From: Fervidobacterium sp.
GTDB taxonomy: Bacteria > Thermotogota > Thermotogae > Thermotogales > Fervidobacteriaceae
DNA length: 64,000 bases
Assembly: GCA_049970055.1 (NCBI GenBank)
Contig: JBMFNR010000003.1
Coordinates: forward strand, 64,001-128,000
Reading direction: 5' to 3'
The position numbers were made by a program, and so were the translations under genes. Of this stretch, positions 38,792-48,283 are shown piece after piece (positions within the stretch are counted from its first letter, which is position 1; each line of letters opens with the position of its first letter). Under the pieces are notes generated by a model. That model made no database searches. It was given only the letters and a program-made list of their open reading frames with translations, and was not told the origin of the DNA.

Positions 38792-40416
38792 TAAGAAAAG
38801 AAATTGAAAATCTTTTAAAAAGCTTTTTAATGGAGAGTAGCTACGAGTACGATTTTGTAGTGGAAATCCCAGAGGAACAATACGGAGATTTTTCAACAAA
38901 TATTGCCCTTGTGGGTGCCAAACATTTTAAGAAAGCTCCACGCGATGTTGCAAAGTACTTTATTGAAAAATTAGCTGGTCATCCCATGTTTGAGGAGATT
39001 TCAATAGCAGGTCCAGGATTCATTAATTTTAGAGTTTCGAAGTCCTTTTATAGAGATTTTTTAGACGCTTTCTTAAGAAATCCAAAAAGTATTTGGAGAT
39101 TCAAAAACAAAGGAAAAATTTTACTTGAATATGGTAGTGCAAATCCTACGGGACCTCTGACGGTAGGGCACGGTAGACAAATCGTTATCGGAGATGTATT
39201 AGGTAACATTCTTAGTTACATGGGTTACGATGTAACAAAAGAAATGTACCTCAACGATGCTGGAAGGCAAATTAAATTGCTTGCAAAATCTGTCTGGGCA
39301 AGGTACCAACAGTTACTTGGGAAAGATGAACCAATCCCAGAGGATGGTTACAGAGGAGAATACGTAATTGATATTGCAAGAAAAGTGTTGAAAGAACAAG
39401 GCGAGAGATTTGACGGTATATGGAATAGTGAAGTTGAGGAAATATTCAAACAATACGCCTTGGAAGAGATAACAAAGATGTTTGACATTACACTTGAGAT
39501 GATTGGTGCGCATTTCGATAGCGTTTTCAGTGAGAAGAGTCTGATTGACGATGGTACCGTTGATGAGGTCTTAAACATACTTAATAGGAAAGGTTTAACT
39601 TACGAGCATGAAGGAGCTCTGTGGTTTAGAGTCTCCGATTTTGTGAACGATAACGATAAGGTACTTATAAAAAGTGATGGCAGCTATACGTATTTTCTTA
39701 CAGATATTGCGTATCATTACAAGAAATTCAAAAGAAGATACGATCATGCGATAGATATATTTGGTAGCGATCACCATGGTCACATCCCTCGTATGGAAGC
39801 AGCAATGAAAGCACTTAGTATTCCCGATGATTTTCTTGTTTTTGTTCTACACCAATTCGTTACGCTTAAAAGAGGAAATGAAGTTGTTAAGATGAGTACA
39901 AGGGCAGGGGAATTCGTTACCGTTGATGAATTGATAAGCGAAGTTGGTAAAGATGCGACAAGATATTTCTTTGCGATGGTAGATGTTAACACGCATCTGA
40001 ACTTTGATCTCGAATTGGCAAAATCGCAGACAAGCGAGAACCCGGTTTACTATGTTCAGTATGCTCATGCAAGAATCTCCAGTCTTTTTGAAAATGCAGC
40101 TTCAAAAGGGATAAAATTCAGATTGCATGATAATATAGAGCTTCTAAAAGAAGAGAGTGAAATGAAGATTATAAAATTGATATCATCGTTTGATGATGTT
40201 TTAGAGAGAGCTAAGGATAAACTTTCACCACATTACTTAACGGATTATCTAGAAGAACTTGCATCGTTATTCCACAAATACTACGCAGAACACAAGATCG
40301 TTGATTCAGAGAACGAAGAACTTTCGAATGCAAGATTAAATTTAGCATTCGCAGTGAAAATAATACTAGCTGAGGGATTAAATTTACTTGGTGTTAGTGC
40401 GCCTGAGAAGATGTAA
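38788..40416 (+). CDS. argS: Arginine--tRNA ligase
   Basis: SANPTGPLTVGHGR, NDAGRQ, KMSTRAG, YVQYAHAR, APEKM. Confidence 0.96.
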   Translation: MIRKEIENLLKSFLMESSYEYDFVVEIPEEQYGDFSTNIALVGAKHFKKAPRDVAKYFIEKLAGHPMFEEISIAGPGFINFRVSKSFYRDFLDAFLRNPKSIWRFKNKGKILLEYGSANPTGPLTVGHGRQIVIGDVLGNILSYMGYDVTKEMYLNDAGRQIKLLAKSVWARYQQLLGKDEPIPEDGYRGEYVIDIARKVLKEQGERFDGIWNSEVEEIFKQYALEEITKMFDITLEMIGAHFDSVFSEKSLIDDGTVDEVLNILNRKGLTYEHEGALWFRVSDFVNDNDKVLIKSDGSYTYFLTDIAYHYKKFKRRYDHAIDIFGSDHHGHIPRMEAAMKALSIPDDFLVFVLHQFVTLKRGNEVVKMSTRAGEFVTVDELISEVGKDATRYFFAMVDVNTHLNFDLELAKSQTSENPVYYVQYAHARISSLFENAASKGIKFRLHDNIELLKEESEMKIIKLISSFDDVLERAKDKLSPHYLTDYLEELASLFHKYYAEHKIVDSENEELSNARLNLAFAVKIILAEGLNLLGVSAPEKM

Positions 40417-40447
40417 ATTCCCAAAAGACTGAAGCGGGGGTAGTCTA

Positions 40448-41848
40448 ATGGAGATACAGCAATTACTCTCAAAGTACATGTTAGAAATTGCAAAAGTAGA
40501 TAACGAAAATTCTCTATACTTAGCTCTTGCAGAGATACTCGGAAAAGTTATAGAATTTAAGGTTCTAAATGTTTTTCAGCAAAAGGACGTCATTGTGTCA
40601 GTTCCAGAAGGTGAGTACATTCAGTATGAATTGTTCTCAGATTATCTAACATGGGTTCAGGAAAGATTATATCCAACTTTCCTACCTTTGGAAAATGGTT
40701 ATATTGGTCTGATTCCTGTTTTCAAGGGCAAGAATGTACTTGCAACAATTGCCATCCAAACAAATGTTGAACCCACGGCAGAGGTAATTGATTACGTTCA
40801 GTTGCTTTCTTATCTTTCCGGAGTAACACTTGAAAACCTAAGACTTCTTGATTTTATTGATCGAGCAAGAGAATACTTTGAAAGCATAATTAATCTTTCA
40901 AACGATGGTGTTTTAGTATTGAATACATACAATGAAATAGAATTCAGAAATAGCAAAGCAAAGGAAATACTTGAGAATACTAGAGACATACATAATGAGA
41001 TAGTCGAGCACATAATTAAAAATGAAGAGTTCTTCGAGATTGACAAGGGCAGCTTGTTTTTCAGTGTTTCCGTAAAAGAAGTCGAGCTTCTTGGTGAAAG
41101 AAAGATTCTTGTAAACATACGTAACATAACGTCAGAGAAGGAAGTTCAAAAATTAAGAGAACTTGACAAGATAAAAACTAATTTTATAGCCAACATCTCT
41201 CATGAATTGAGGACACCTCTTGCTGCTATAAAAGCTTATACGGAAACATTGTTGAGCATGCCAATGAACGAAGAAGAAAGTAAAGAATTTTTGAAAATCG
41301 TGTATAATCAATCTTTACGTTTGGAGGAGCTACTTAATGATTTGCTTGATTTTTCACAGTTGGAATCGCATGCTATGAAGATAATAAAAGAGAATGTAGT
41401 ATTGTGTGATATTATAAAAATCTCTGTTGAGACAGTCTTAAATATGGCGAGAGAGAAAGGTGTTAATATAAATTACGACTGCCCTCAGTTAGAGATCAGA
41501 TGTGATAAAAAACGCTTACAACAGGTACTTGTTAACTTGTTAACTAACGCTGTAAAGTTTTCAGATCCCCGAAAAGAAGAAAAGATTGTGAATGTAAGTA
41601 TACGTGAAAAAGAGAATGATGTAGAGATAACCGTTGAAGATAACGGTATCGGTATTCCTGAAGATAAAACCGATAAGATTTTTGAAAAATTTTACAGAGT
41701 TGACAACGAGTTAACTTATTCAGTTCCTGGAACGGGTCTTGGATTGGCAATTGCTAAGGAAATCGTAGAGATGCATGGTGGAAAAATTTCTGTTGAATCT
41801 AAGCTTGGTGAATATACAAAATTTATCGTTTCTCTACCTAAATCATGA
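40448..41848 (+). CDS. Cytoplasmic sensor histidine kinase (PAS-like + HisKA + HATPase)
   Basis: H-box SHELRTPL, N-box NLLTNAVKF, DNGIGI, F..FYR, GTGLGL; no obvious transmembrane helix. Confidence 0.92.
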   Translation: MEIQQLLSKYMLEIAKVDNENSLYLALAEILGKVIEFKVLNVFQQKDVIVSVPEGEYIQYELFSDYLTWVQERLYPTFLPLENGYIGLIPVFKGKNVLATIAIQTNVEPTAEVIDYVQLLSYLSGVTLENLRLLDFIDRAREYFESIINLSNDGVLVLNTYNEIEFRNSKAKEILENTRDIHNEIVEHIIKNEEFFEIDKGSLFFSVSVKEVELLGERKILVNIRNITSEKEVQKLRELDKIKTNFIANISHELRTPLAAIKAYTETLLSMPMNEEESKEFLKIVYNQSLRLEELLNDLLDFSQLESHAMKIIKENVVLCDIIKISVETVLNMAREKGVNINYDCPQLEIRCDKKRLQQVLVNLLTNAVKFSDPRKEEKIVNVSIREKENDVEITVEDNGIGIPEDKTDKIFEKFYRVDNELTYSVPGTGLGLAIAKEIVEMHGGKISVESKLGEYTKFIVSLPKS

Positions 41849-41861
41849 TTATAAAGGCGGT

Positions 41862-42734
41862 ATGAGTTGGATGATTAAAGAACTTATAACAACTGTAAGT
41901 GAAATACCAACACCAGATATCATTGTACAGCAAATCATATCGACTGCTTCCAACCCAAACTCAAGTGTTAAAGACCTTGAAAAAACTATTTCTATGGATG
42001 TTGGACTTTCAGCAAAAATACTAAAGCTTGTTAATTCCGCATATTATGCGTTACCTCGCAAGATTACAAAACTTAGCGAAGCTATAGTGATAGTAGGATT
42101 TAAGACAGTTAGAAACCTTGCACTGAGCGTTTTTACATATTCGGCACTTCATTCAAAAGTTACATTTATAGACCACGACAAGCTTTGGTCACATTTCATG
42201 TCAACAGCAATATTCTCAGAACAGATAGCAAAGGATATAGGCTACATGAACCGTGAAGAAGTTTTCCTGGCAGGATTGATGCATGATATTGGAAAACTTG
42301 CTATAGATTTACTGCTACCAGCATATATATTTGAACTATCAAAGGTAAGTAAAGAACTTTCAAAACCGATGTTTCTGATTGAATATGAAAACAAATTTGA
42401 AACACACTCAGAGATAGGAGAAGAACTTTTGAGACATTGGAAATTTCCTGATGAGTACATATCGGTTGCGTTACTTCATGAAAAGCCATCAGTCAATCCG
42501 AATAATCCTTACATAGAAATGGTATGTATTGTTCACCTTGCAAATATGTTTTCTAACATATTTCTTCCTGGTGCTTCACTTTCGTTCGGCGAGCCATACT
42601 TGGATCCTATTACTTTCAAGATCTTGGGAATCAAACCATCAAGATTGGAAGTGTTATACCATGAACTTGAGATTGTTATGAACAAATCCAAAGATATAAT
42701 TTACGGAGGTGTTGAAGATGAAGCAAGAGTATAA
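41862..42734 (+). CDS. HDOD-domain protein
   Basis: D.GLSAKILKLVNSAYY, EAIVIVG, AGLMHDIGK, H..IG..LL..WKFP. Confidence 0.9.
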   Translation: MSWMIKELITTVSEIPTPDIIVQQIISTASNPNSSVKDLEKTISMDVGLSAKILKLVNSAYYALPRKITKLSEAIVIVGFKTVRNLALSVFTYSALHSKVTFIDHDKLWSHFMSTAIFSEQIAKDIGYMNREEVFLAGLMHDIGKLAIDLLLPAYIFELSKVSKELSKPMFLIEYENKFETHSEIGEELLRHWKFPDEYISVALLHEKPSVNPNNPYIEMVCIVHLANMFSNIFLPGASLSFGEPYLDPITFKILGIKPSRLEVLYHELEIVMNKSKDIIYGGVEDEARV

Positions 42735-43095
42735 GCTTAGGATGTTAGAGTCTGAAATTAGAAAAGTCCTATCCGAAGCATTGATAGAAATGAAGGATCC
42801 TAAGATAGATCCTGTAAAATCTTTAATCACAATTTCTAGAGTCGAAGTATCAAAAGATAAAAGATACGCAGATGTATACGTAAGTGTTCTCGGAGACGAG
42901 AGTAAGCGAAAAGAAATAGTCGAATACTTCGAGGAAAAAAAGGGCTATTTTAGAACGTATATAGCAAAAAATATAAGAATGTATACTGCTCCTGAATTGA
43001 GCTTCAAGGAAGACAAGGGCATAGAAGCGACGGTTAGAATAGGACGATTGTTGGATTCCATTAAAGAAACAAAGAAAAGTGGCGATAATGAATAA
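42718..43095 (+). CDS. rbfA: 30S ribosome-binding factor A
   Basis: KDP.I, ITISRVEVSKD..YA.VYVS, PEL.F..D. Confidence 0.93.
   Translation: MKQEYKLRMLESEIRKVLSEALIEMKDPKIDPVKSLITISRVEVSKDKRYADVYVSVLGDESKRKEIVEYFEEKKGYFRTYIAKNIRMYTAPELSFKEDKGIEATVRIGRLLDSIKETKKSGDNE
43062..43088 (+). promoter_or_regulatory. Sigma28 (FliA) promoter for flaG-fliD, inside the 3' end of rbfA
   Basis: TAAA-N15-GGCGATAA against the consensus TAAA-N15-GCCGATAA. Confidence 0.75.
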
Positions 43096-43129
43096 GGTAA
43101 ATACTACTCTCTTGTTGGGGGCGGATGCT

Positions 43130-43504
43130 ATGAGCAGTGTAAAAGGGGTAGGAAATCTTTTAAAAACGTTTCAAAGTGATGCTACGTTAAATACTCCAAC
43201 CAGAGGTGTTGGCGATAATCTACAAAAAGCAGATCAAGAAACGTACCAAGCTACCAAAATTGAAAATCAGCAAGGCAAAAGAGCAGAAGAACTTGAGATT
43301 TTTAAGGAAAACTTTGAAAAGTTGAAGAAATTATTTAGAGGAGAGGCAGAATTCAAAATAGACAAAGACGCGAATATGATTATCATAAAAATCAAAGACC
43401 CTGACACGGGAGAGGTTATCCGCCAGATTCCCCCGGAGCTAGCTGTGAAGCTTGCCAAGAATATACAAGAGCTCTTAGGTGTGTTGATGGACGAAAGGGT
43501 GTGA
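43130..43504 (+). CDS. flaG: Flagellar protein FlaG
   Basis: C-terminal IKD..TGEVIRQIPPE...G.LMDE; precedes fliD. Start moved to ATG 43130, downstream of the sigma28 promoter. Confidence 0.88.
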   Translation: MSSVKGVGNLLKTFQSDATLNTPTRGVGDNLQKADQETYQATKIENQQGKRAEELEIFKENFEKLKKLFRGEAEFKIDKDANMIIIKIKDPDTGEVIRQIPPELAVKLAKNIQELLGVLMDERV

Positions 43505-43508
43505 ATTT

Positions 43509-45293
43509 ATGGATCTCTCAAGTATTGCCAACAACATAAATTATCGTTATCAACAATCATCGCGCATGCAGATAGGAGGCGCGATAAGTGGGCTTGATAC
43601 ACAGTCAATAATTGAAAAATTAATGGAAGTCGAAGCACTGCCGTTAAATAGGTTAAACGATAAGTATCTTCAATACACTAATTTACAAAAGGCGTACCAA
43701 AAAGTATCTGACAAGATAAGAGATTTCTACAACTTCCTTGGAAATTTTTCTTTGCAAAGTAACTTAATACCAAAAATGGCAACTTCTTCGTCTAACATAT
43801 TAAGTGCCCAAGCAGCTTCCAGTGCTGTAGATGGAACTTACAATGTTGAAGTCTTGTCACTCGCAACCAATAGTATATTTACAGGTTCTTCTTTTGCTAA
43901 AAGTATTTCTTCAGCGGATACAATAAGCAGCATAGATACAAGGTATCCGCCTGTTGATTCAACTGTTAGAGTAAAGGTTGGCACGACTGAAACAAACGTA
44001 AATATTCAAACTACTGATACTGTTGCTGATGTAGTTGCCTTGCTTCAAAATGCATTAAACAGTCTTGGAGCGAGTGCAACTGTTGCATACGATGAATCCT
44101 CCGGAAAGTTATCTATAACTTCAGATAGGGCTTTTCAAATTACAAATGTGACCGGAAATTTTACTTTCTTATTCAGACTTAGTGATTCAACATTGGAACA
44201 AGTTGGAAGCAATTTCGTACTTAAAAGTTCTGGTAACATAGGTGTTTATTCCCAGTACAAAACTCTTGAAAGTTTGGGCGTACTAAGTGACGGGGTAATT
44301 AATATAAATGGTAAAGTTGTAAGTTTAAGTAAAACAGATACACTATCTAGTGTCTTAAAGAAAATTAATGACACTGTTCCTGATGTAAGAGCACTGTACG
44401 ATGACAAGAACGGTAGATTGATAATTACGAGTAAATCAACAGGAGATAACTTGATAAACGTAACGGGTGACAGCGATTTGATGATCAAATTAGGCTTATC
44501 CTCTGGAAACTTTGTGCTTGGTCAAACAGCGAAGTTGAACATAAGTTTGAACGGTTATACAGAATTGGTAGAAGCGAAAACAAATAGCGTTGGATACAAT
44601 GGTTTAACACTTAACCTTTCATCTATAGGTACATCAGTTGTGACCGTTTCAACAGATAAAGAAAAGATAGTTGATAAAGTTCAGGAATTTGTTGATAAAT
44701 GGAATGAGCTGACCGATTTTCTATACACAAAATTGACCGAGGACAAAGTTACTGGAAAACCAGAGGAACAGATGACCGAGGATGAAAAACTTAAAGGCCT
44801 TCTGAAAAACGATAGTTTGTTGAGAAAAATATTTGAGAGGTTCAAAGGATTTTTAAGTCAAAGTGTTGATGGTAAAAGGTTGGCAGATCTTGGTATAGAA
44901 TCTGGAGATTCTGGAAAAAGTTTTGCGAACACAATGAGAGGTAAAATTACGCTTGAGAAGGAAAAGCTTAGAAACTTTATAGATAAAAATGGTTTCGATG
45001 CAGTTTGGAGCTTCTTCGGAAAAACAGATGGTGATAATGGGTTAGCAATTAGAATAAAAGACTACAGTTATCAGTTAACAAAATTTGGCGGAGAAATAGA
45101 CACAGTGGCAGGTGTTTCCGGAAGACTTGAAAGAGAGAAGCGTGTACTGTCAAAACGCATGGTTACCATGATGGAATATTTACAGAAAAAAGAGCAGATG
45201 CTTTGGGCAAAATATTCAAACCTTGAAAGTGCGCTTGCAAAATTGTCAGCGCAGGGTTCATATATTTCACAAGCCTTTTCTTCAAAGAAATAA
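43509..45293 (+). CDS. fliD: Flagellar filament cap protein FliD
   Basis: SGLDTQSIIEKLM N-terminus, FVDKWNE, GLLKND, C-terminal coiled coil LESALAKLSAQ. Confidence 0.92.
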   Translation: MDLSSIANNINYRYQQSSRMQIGGAISGLDTQSIIEKLMEVEALPLNRLNDKYLQYTNLQKAYQKVSDKIRDFYNFLGNFSLQSNLIPKMATSSSNILSAQAASSAVDGTYNVEVLSLATNSIFTGSSFAKSISSADTISSIDTRYPPVDSTVRVKVGTTETNVNIQTTDTVADVVALLQNALNSLGASATVAYDESSGKLSITSDRAFQITNVTGNFTFLFRLSDSTLEQVGSNFVLKSSGNIGVYSQYKTLESLGVLSDGVININGKVVSLSKTDTLSSVLKKINDTVPDVRALYDDKNGRLIITSKSTGDNLINVTGDSDLMIKLGLSSGNFVLGQTAKLNISLNGYTELVEAKTNSVGYNGLTLNLSSIGTSVVTVSTDKEKIVDKVQEFVDKWNELTDFLYTKLTEDKVTGKPEEQMTEDEKLKGLLKNDSLLRKIFERFKGFLSQSVDGKRLADLGIESGDSGKSFANTMRGKITLEKEKLRNFIDKNGFDAVWSFFGKTDGDNGLAIRIKDYSYQLTKFGGEIDTVAGVSGRLEREKRVLSKRMVTMMEYLQKKEQMLWAKYSNLESALAKLSAQGSYISQAFSSKK

Positions 45294-45322
45294 TTCGCAT
45301 TTATTTTTCCAAAATAATAAAA

Positions 45323-45982
45323 TCACTTCTTGTTTGAAGAGTACTTAAAATATTGACAACAGTCTTTCAAGAAACAATTCCTACACCGCGGCGAAATAGG
45401 TCTGCATACATTCTTCCCAAATTCAACCATAGATCCATTTACTGGACCCCATAAAGATGGGTCCAGTAATTTTTTTAATTCTTCTTCAGTTTGGTCTGGT
45501 GTCTTGGTATTCACCCAGCCAAGTCTGTTAGATATCCTATGCACGTGTGTATCGACAGCCAAAGCATTTTTACCAAAACTAATATACAAAACGATATTGG
45601 CCGTTTTGTGACCTACTCCTGGTAATGTTATAAGTTCTTCGAAAGTGTCTGGTACTTTTCCATTGTACTTTTCAATCAAGATTTTTGAAACTTCGACGAT
45701 TCTTTCAGCTTTTTCTCTGTATAAACCGGCAGGTTTTATTAAGTTGTGTAGCTGCTCGGGCTTAACTTGTGCTATTTCCTCTACAGTTTTGTATTTTTCA
45801 AATAATTGTTTTGAGGCAATTTCTGTGTTTTCATCTTTGCTTCTTTGACTTAATATGGTAGTTATTAAAACTTTATATGGATCCTTTTCTTCATGAATTC
45901 TTGGGAAAATATCTATAATCATTTTAGCTAGCATGTTCACATTATTGCAGTCGATCATCTTTATTTTTTCATATTGGATCAT
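45323..45982 (-). CDS. nth: Endonuclease III
   Basis: ILSQ, HhH LPGVG.KTA, VDTHV.R, C-X6-C-X2-C-X5-C Fe-S motif. Confidence 0.94.
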   Translation of the reverse strand: MIQYEKIKMIDCNNVNMLAKMIIDIFPRIHEEKDPYKVLITTILSQRSKDENTEIASKQLFEKYKTVEEIAQVKPEQLHNLIKPAGLYREKAERIVEVSKILIEKYNGKVPDTFEELITLPGVGHKTANIVLYISFGKNALAVDTHVHRISNRLGWVNTKTPDQTEEELKKLLDPSLWGPVNGSMVEFGKNVCRPISPRCRNCFLKDCCQYFKYSSNKK

Positions 45983-46844
45983 ATTTTTTAATCAACCTCC
46001 TTGCCAGTTTCTCATCCTCCCTCATTTGGGTTACAAGTTCACTAATACTCGGGAACGTTAGTTCTGGTCTTAGAAAGTCGAGAAACTCCACTCTTATTTC
46101 CCTTCCATACAGATCTTTTGAAAAATCAAGTATATATACTTCATATTTTATTTTTTTGGTCTTCTCCACAGTCGGTCTATACCCGACATTTATAAGACCA
46201 AAGAACTGTTCTGGTACGTACACTCTGGTTAGGTATACACCGGGCAATGGATCTATCAAAAAATGATCCGGGCGCTTGATATTTGCAGTTGGGAAGCCTA
46301 ACTTTCTACCTATTTGTCTGTCCTTGTATACCACACCATGTACGGAGTAATTCCTTCCAAGGAATTTTCGTACTTCAGACACTTTTCCTTCTTTTAGAAG
46401 TTGCCTTATGTAACTACTACTAACACGAATACCATCAACTGTTACTGGTTCGATAACTTCTAAAATGATACCGTTTTCCTTGCAAAGTTGTTCCAAAACA
46501 TTTATATCCCCGGCCCCATTTTTTCCGAATTTAAAATCATGACCAACTACGATACCTTTAACATTCTTCGATATGCTATCAAAGAATTTTTCAGGTGTTA
46601 AGTCTTTTATCTTCGGCAGTTCAATGGTATGTGTTTCTCCGTATATAGAAAGAAACTCAATTCGATCTTCAACAGACGTAATAAGACCTTCAAATTTTCC
46701 AGTGTAGTACTCCATTGGGTATAGGATAGTGTATATTTTTGAGTTTTCGGCGTATCTTTCTGAATACTCCTTTAATCGTGATAATATTTTCACATGCCCG
46801 CGATGAACACCGTCAAAAACACCGATCGTAATGAACATAGACAA
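45969..46844 (-). CDS. ribF: Bifunctional FAD synthetase/riboflavin kinase
   Basis: [37 protein letters not shown]. Confidence 0.95.
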   Translation of the reverse strand: MSMFITIGVFDGVHRGHVKILSRLKEYSERYAENSKIYTILYPMEYYTGKFEGLITSVEDRIEFLSIYGETHTIELPKIKDLTPEKFFDSISKNVKGIVVGHDFKFGKNGAGDINVLEQLCKENGIILEVIEPVTVDGIRVSSSYIRQLLKEGKVSEVRKFLGRNYSVHGVVYKDRQIGRKLGFPTANIKRPDHFLIDPLPGVYLTRVYVPEQFFGLINVGYRPTVEKTKKIKYEVYILDFSKDLYGREIRVEFLDFLRPELTFPSISELVTQMREDEKLARRLIKKYDPI

Positions 46845-46856
46845 TCTCTCCCAGAC

Positions 46857-48122
46857 TTAGTATTTTCTTGATATAACTATTTGAGCTATTTCAATAAACT
46901 TTAAATTTTTATGTTTCTCACCAAGGTCTAGTTTAGCAAAGCATACAAGCGAGAATATTCTCAATATCAGTGATATTACGAAAAGAACATTGTAGCCTGT
47001 TATAAAGGAGAACTGAAAATCTTTGATTAGGCTAAGCACTTTACCACCTGTGTATGAAGCTATTAATGAGGCGATTCCTGCAACAAAAGCATGCATTGAA
47101 ATGAATATTTCGCTTGGTTCCTCACTGATTTTTAGTAAGAGTGTAAAATAGGACAAATTTATAGCTGTCCATGCAAAAGCAGATATTATAACATCGATCA
47201 ATAGTAAATACTTGTAATTAAATGGCGTCATCAAAGAGTAAAGTAACGGAATTCCAAGTGCTAGTGTGATGCCAAATTTTATCATGTTTTTTTCTCCTAT
47301 TGTTGTGGAAACTTTCCCATATAAAGAATACAAAAACATAGCAAGAAGTGAATTAATAACATTGATTATTCCAAGGTATGAATATGGGACTTTCAAATAA
47401 GCAACCTCGAAATAGCTGAAAAACGGACCTGCAAATTGGATTGCAAAATTCCAAATAAACACGAACGACAGAAACTTTACGAATTTTTTATTTTTTAAAG
47501 TGGTGAAAACAGTTGAAATACTAAAGTCAACTACTTTCGTTTCTGGAATGTAATGCAGATACAAAAGATAGGACGTGTATATGAATATTATTGCAGACAG
47601 CGAATATATAATGAGTAACCCGATTTCTTTGTCCAGATACTGTAGTATCAAGGAATACAAAACCCACGCTGTCAAACCAGCAAATGTGGATACTGTATTT
47701 CTAAAACCGAAGTATTTATTTCTCCTTTCCTCTGGTACAAGACTTTTCATTGCAGATGTCCAAAGGTTCCCCACAATACTGTTAAGGATATTAAATATAA
47801 CAAAAGGTAGGACTATCAATGTGTAATTTTTCACCCCCAGCAAAAACGACACTGGAATTAAAATAAAACATGACCTTGCTACTAAAGAAGTCCAAAATAT
47901 AGCGTATCTCTTGGAGGGTATTAACCTATAAATCATTGGTGTGAATAACTGAATTAATTGAGACGTAGCTGGTAAAACTGCAATAACAGACAAAACCACA
48001 GGACTGAATCCGTAGTACATAGCTAGTGTAGAATATACAAATCCTTGTGTTGCATTAAATGCTATGGTGTAAAGTGCTCCTTCAATGATAGATAATCTCA
48101 AGGTTTTTTGCTGAACATCCAT
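46857..48122 (-). CDS. MFS transporter
   Basis: About 12 hydrophobic segments; VP...R..YFG.RN and PFFSY motifs. Confidence 0.82.
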   Translation of the reverse strand: MDVQQKTLRLSIIEGALYTIAFNATQGFVYSTLAMYYGFSPVVLSVIAVLPATSQLIQLFTPMIYRLIPSKRYAIFWTSLVARSCFILIPVSFLLGVKNYTLIVLPFVIFNILNSIVGNLWTSAMKSLVPEERRNKYFGFRNTVSTFAGLTAWVLYSLILQYLDKEIGLLIIYSLSAIIFIYTSYLLYLHYIPETKVVDFSISTVFTTLKNKKFVKFLSFVFIWNFAIQFAGPFFSYFEVAYLKVPYSYLGIINVINSLLAMFLYSLYGKVSTTIGEKNMIKFGITLALGIPLLYSLMTPFNYKYLLLIDVIISAFAWTAINLSYFTLLLKISEEPSEIFISMHAFVAGIASLIASYTGGKVLSLIKDFQFSFITGYNVLFVISLILRIFSLVCFAKLDLGEKHKNLKFIEIAQIVISRKY

Positions 48123-48216
48123 CTTTTAACGTTCCCTCTCTGCAAAAATTGCGAGGATTATCTTCGCATTACTAACAATAATAGTATCACTAGTTGATAG
48201 CTTCGTGAAGTACCTG

Positions 48217-48252
48217 AAAAAAAGCCCACTACTTAAAAAAGTAGGGGCTTTT
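48217..48252 (-). terminator. Intrinsic terminator of the pnp-hslU-permease run
   Basis: AAAAGCCC(a)CTACTT/AAGTAGGGGCTTTT stem; the A-tract on + reads as a U-tract on -. Confidence 0.75.
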
Positions 48253-48283
48253 GATAAAAAGCATTACCTTTTTGCCATTTATA

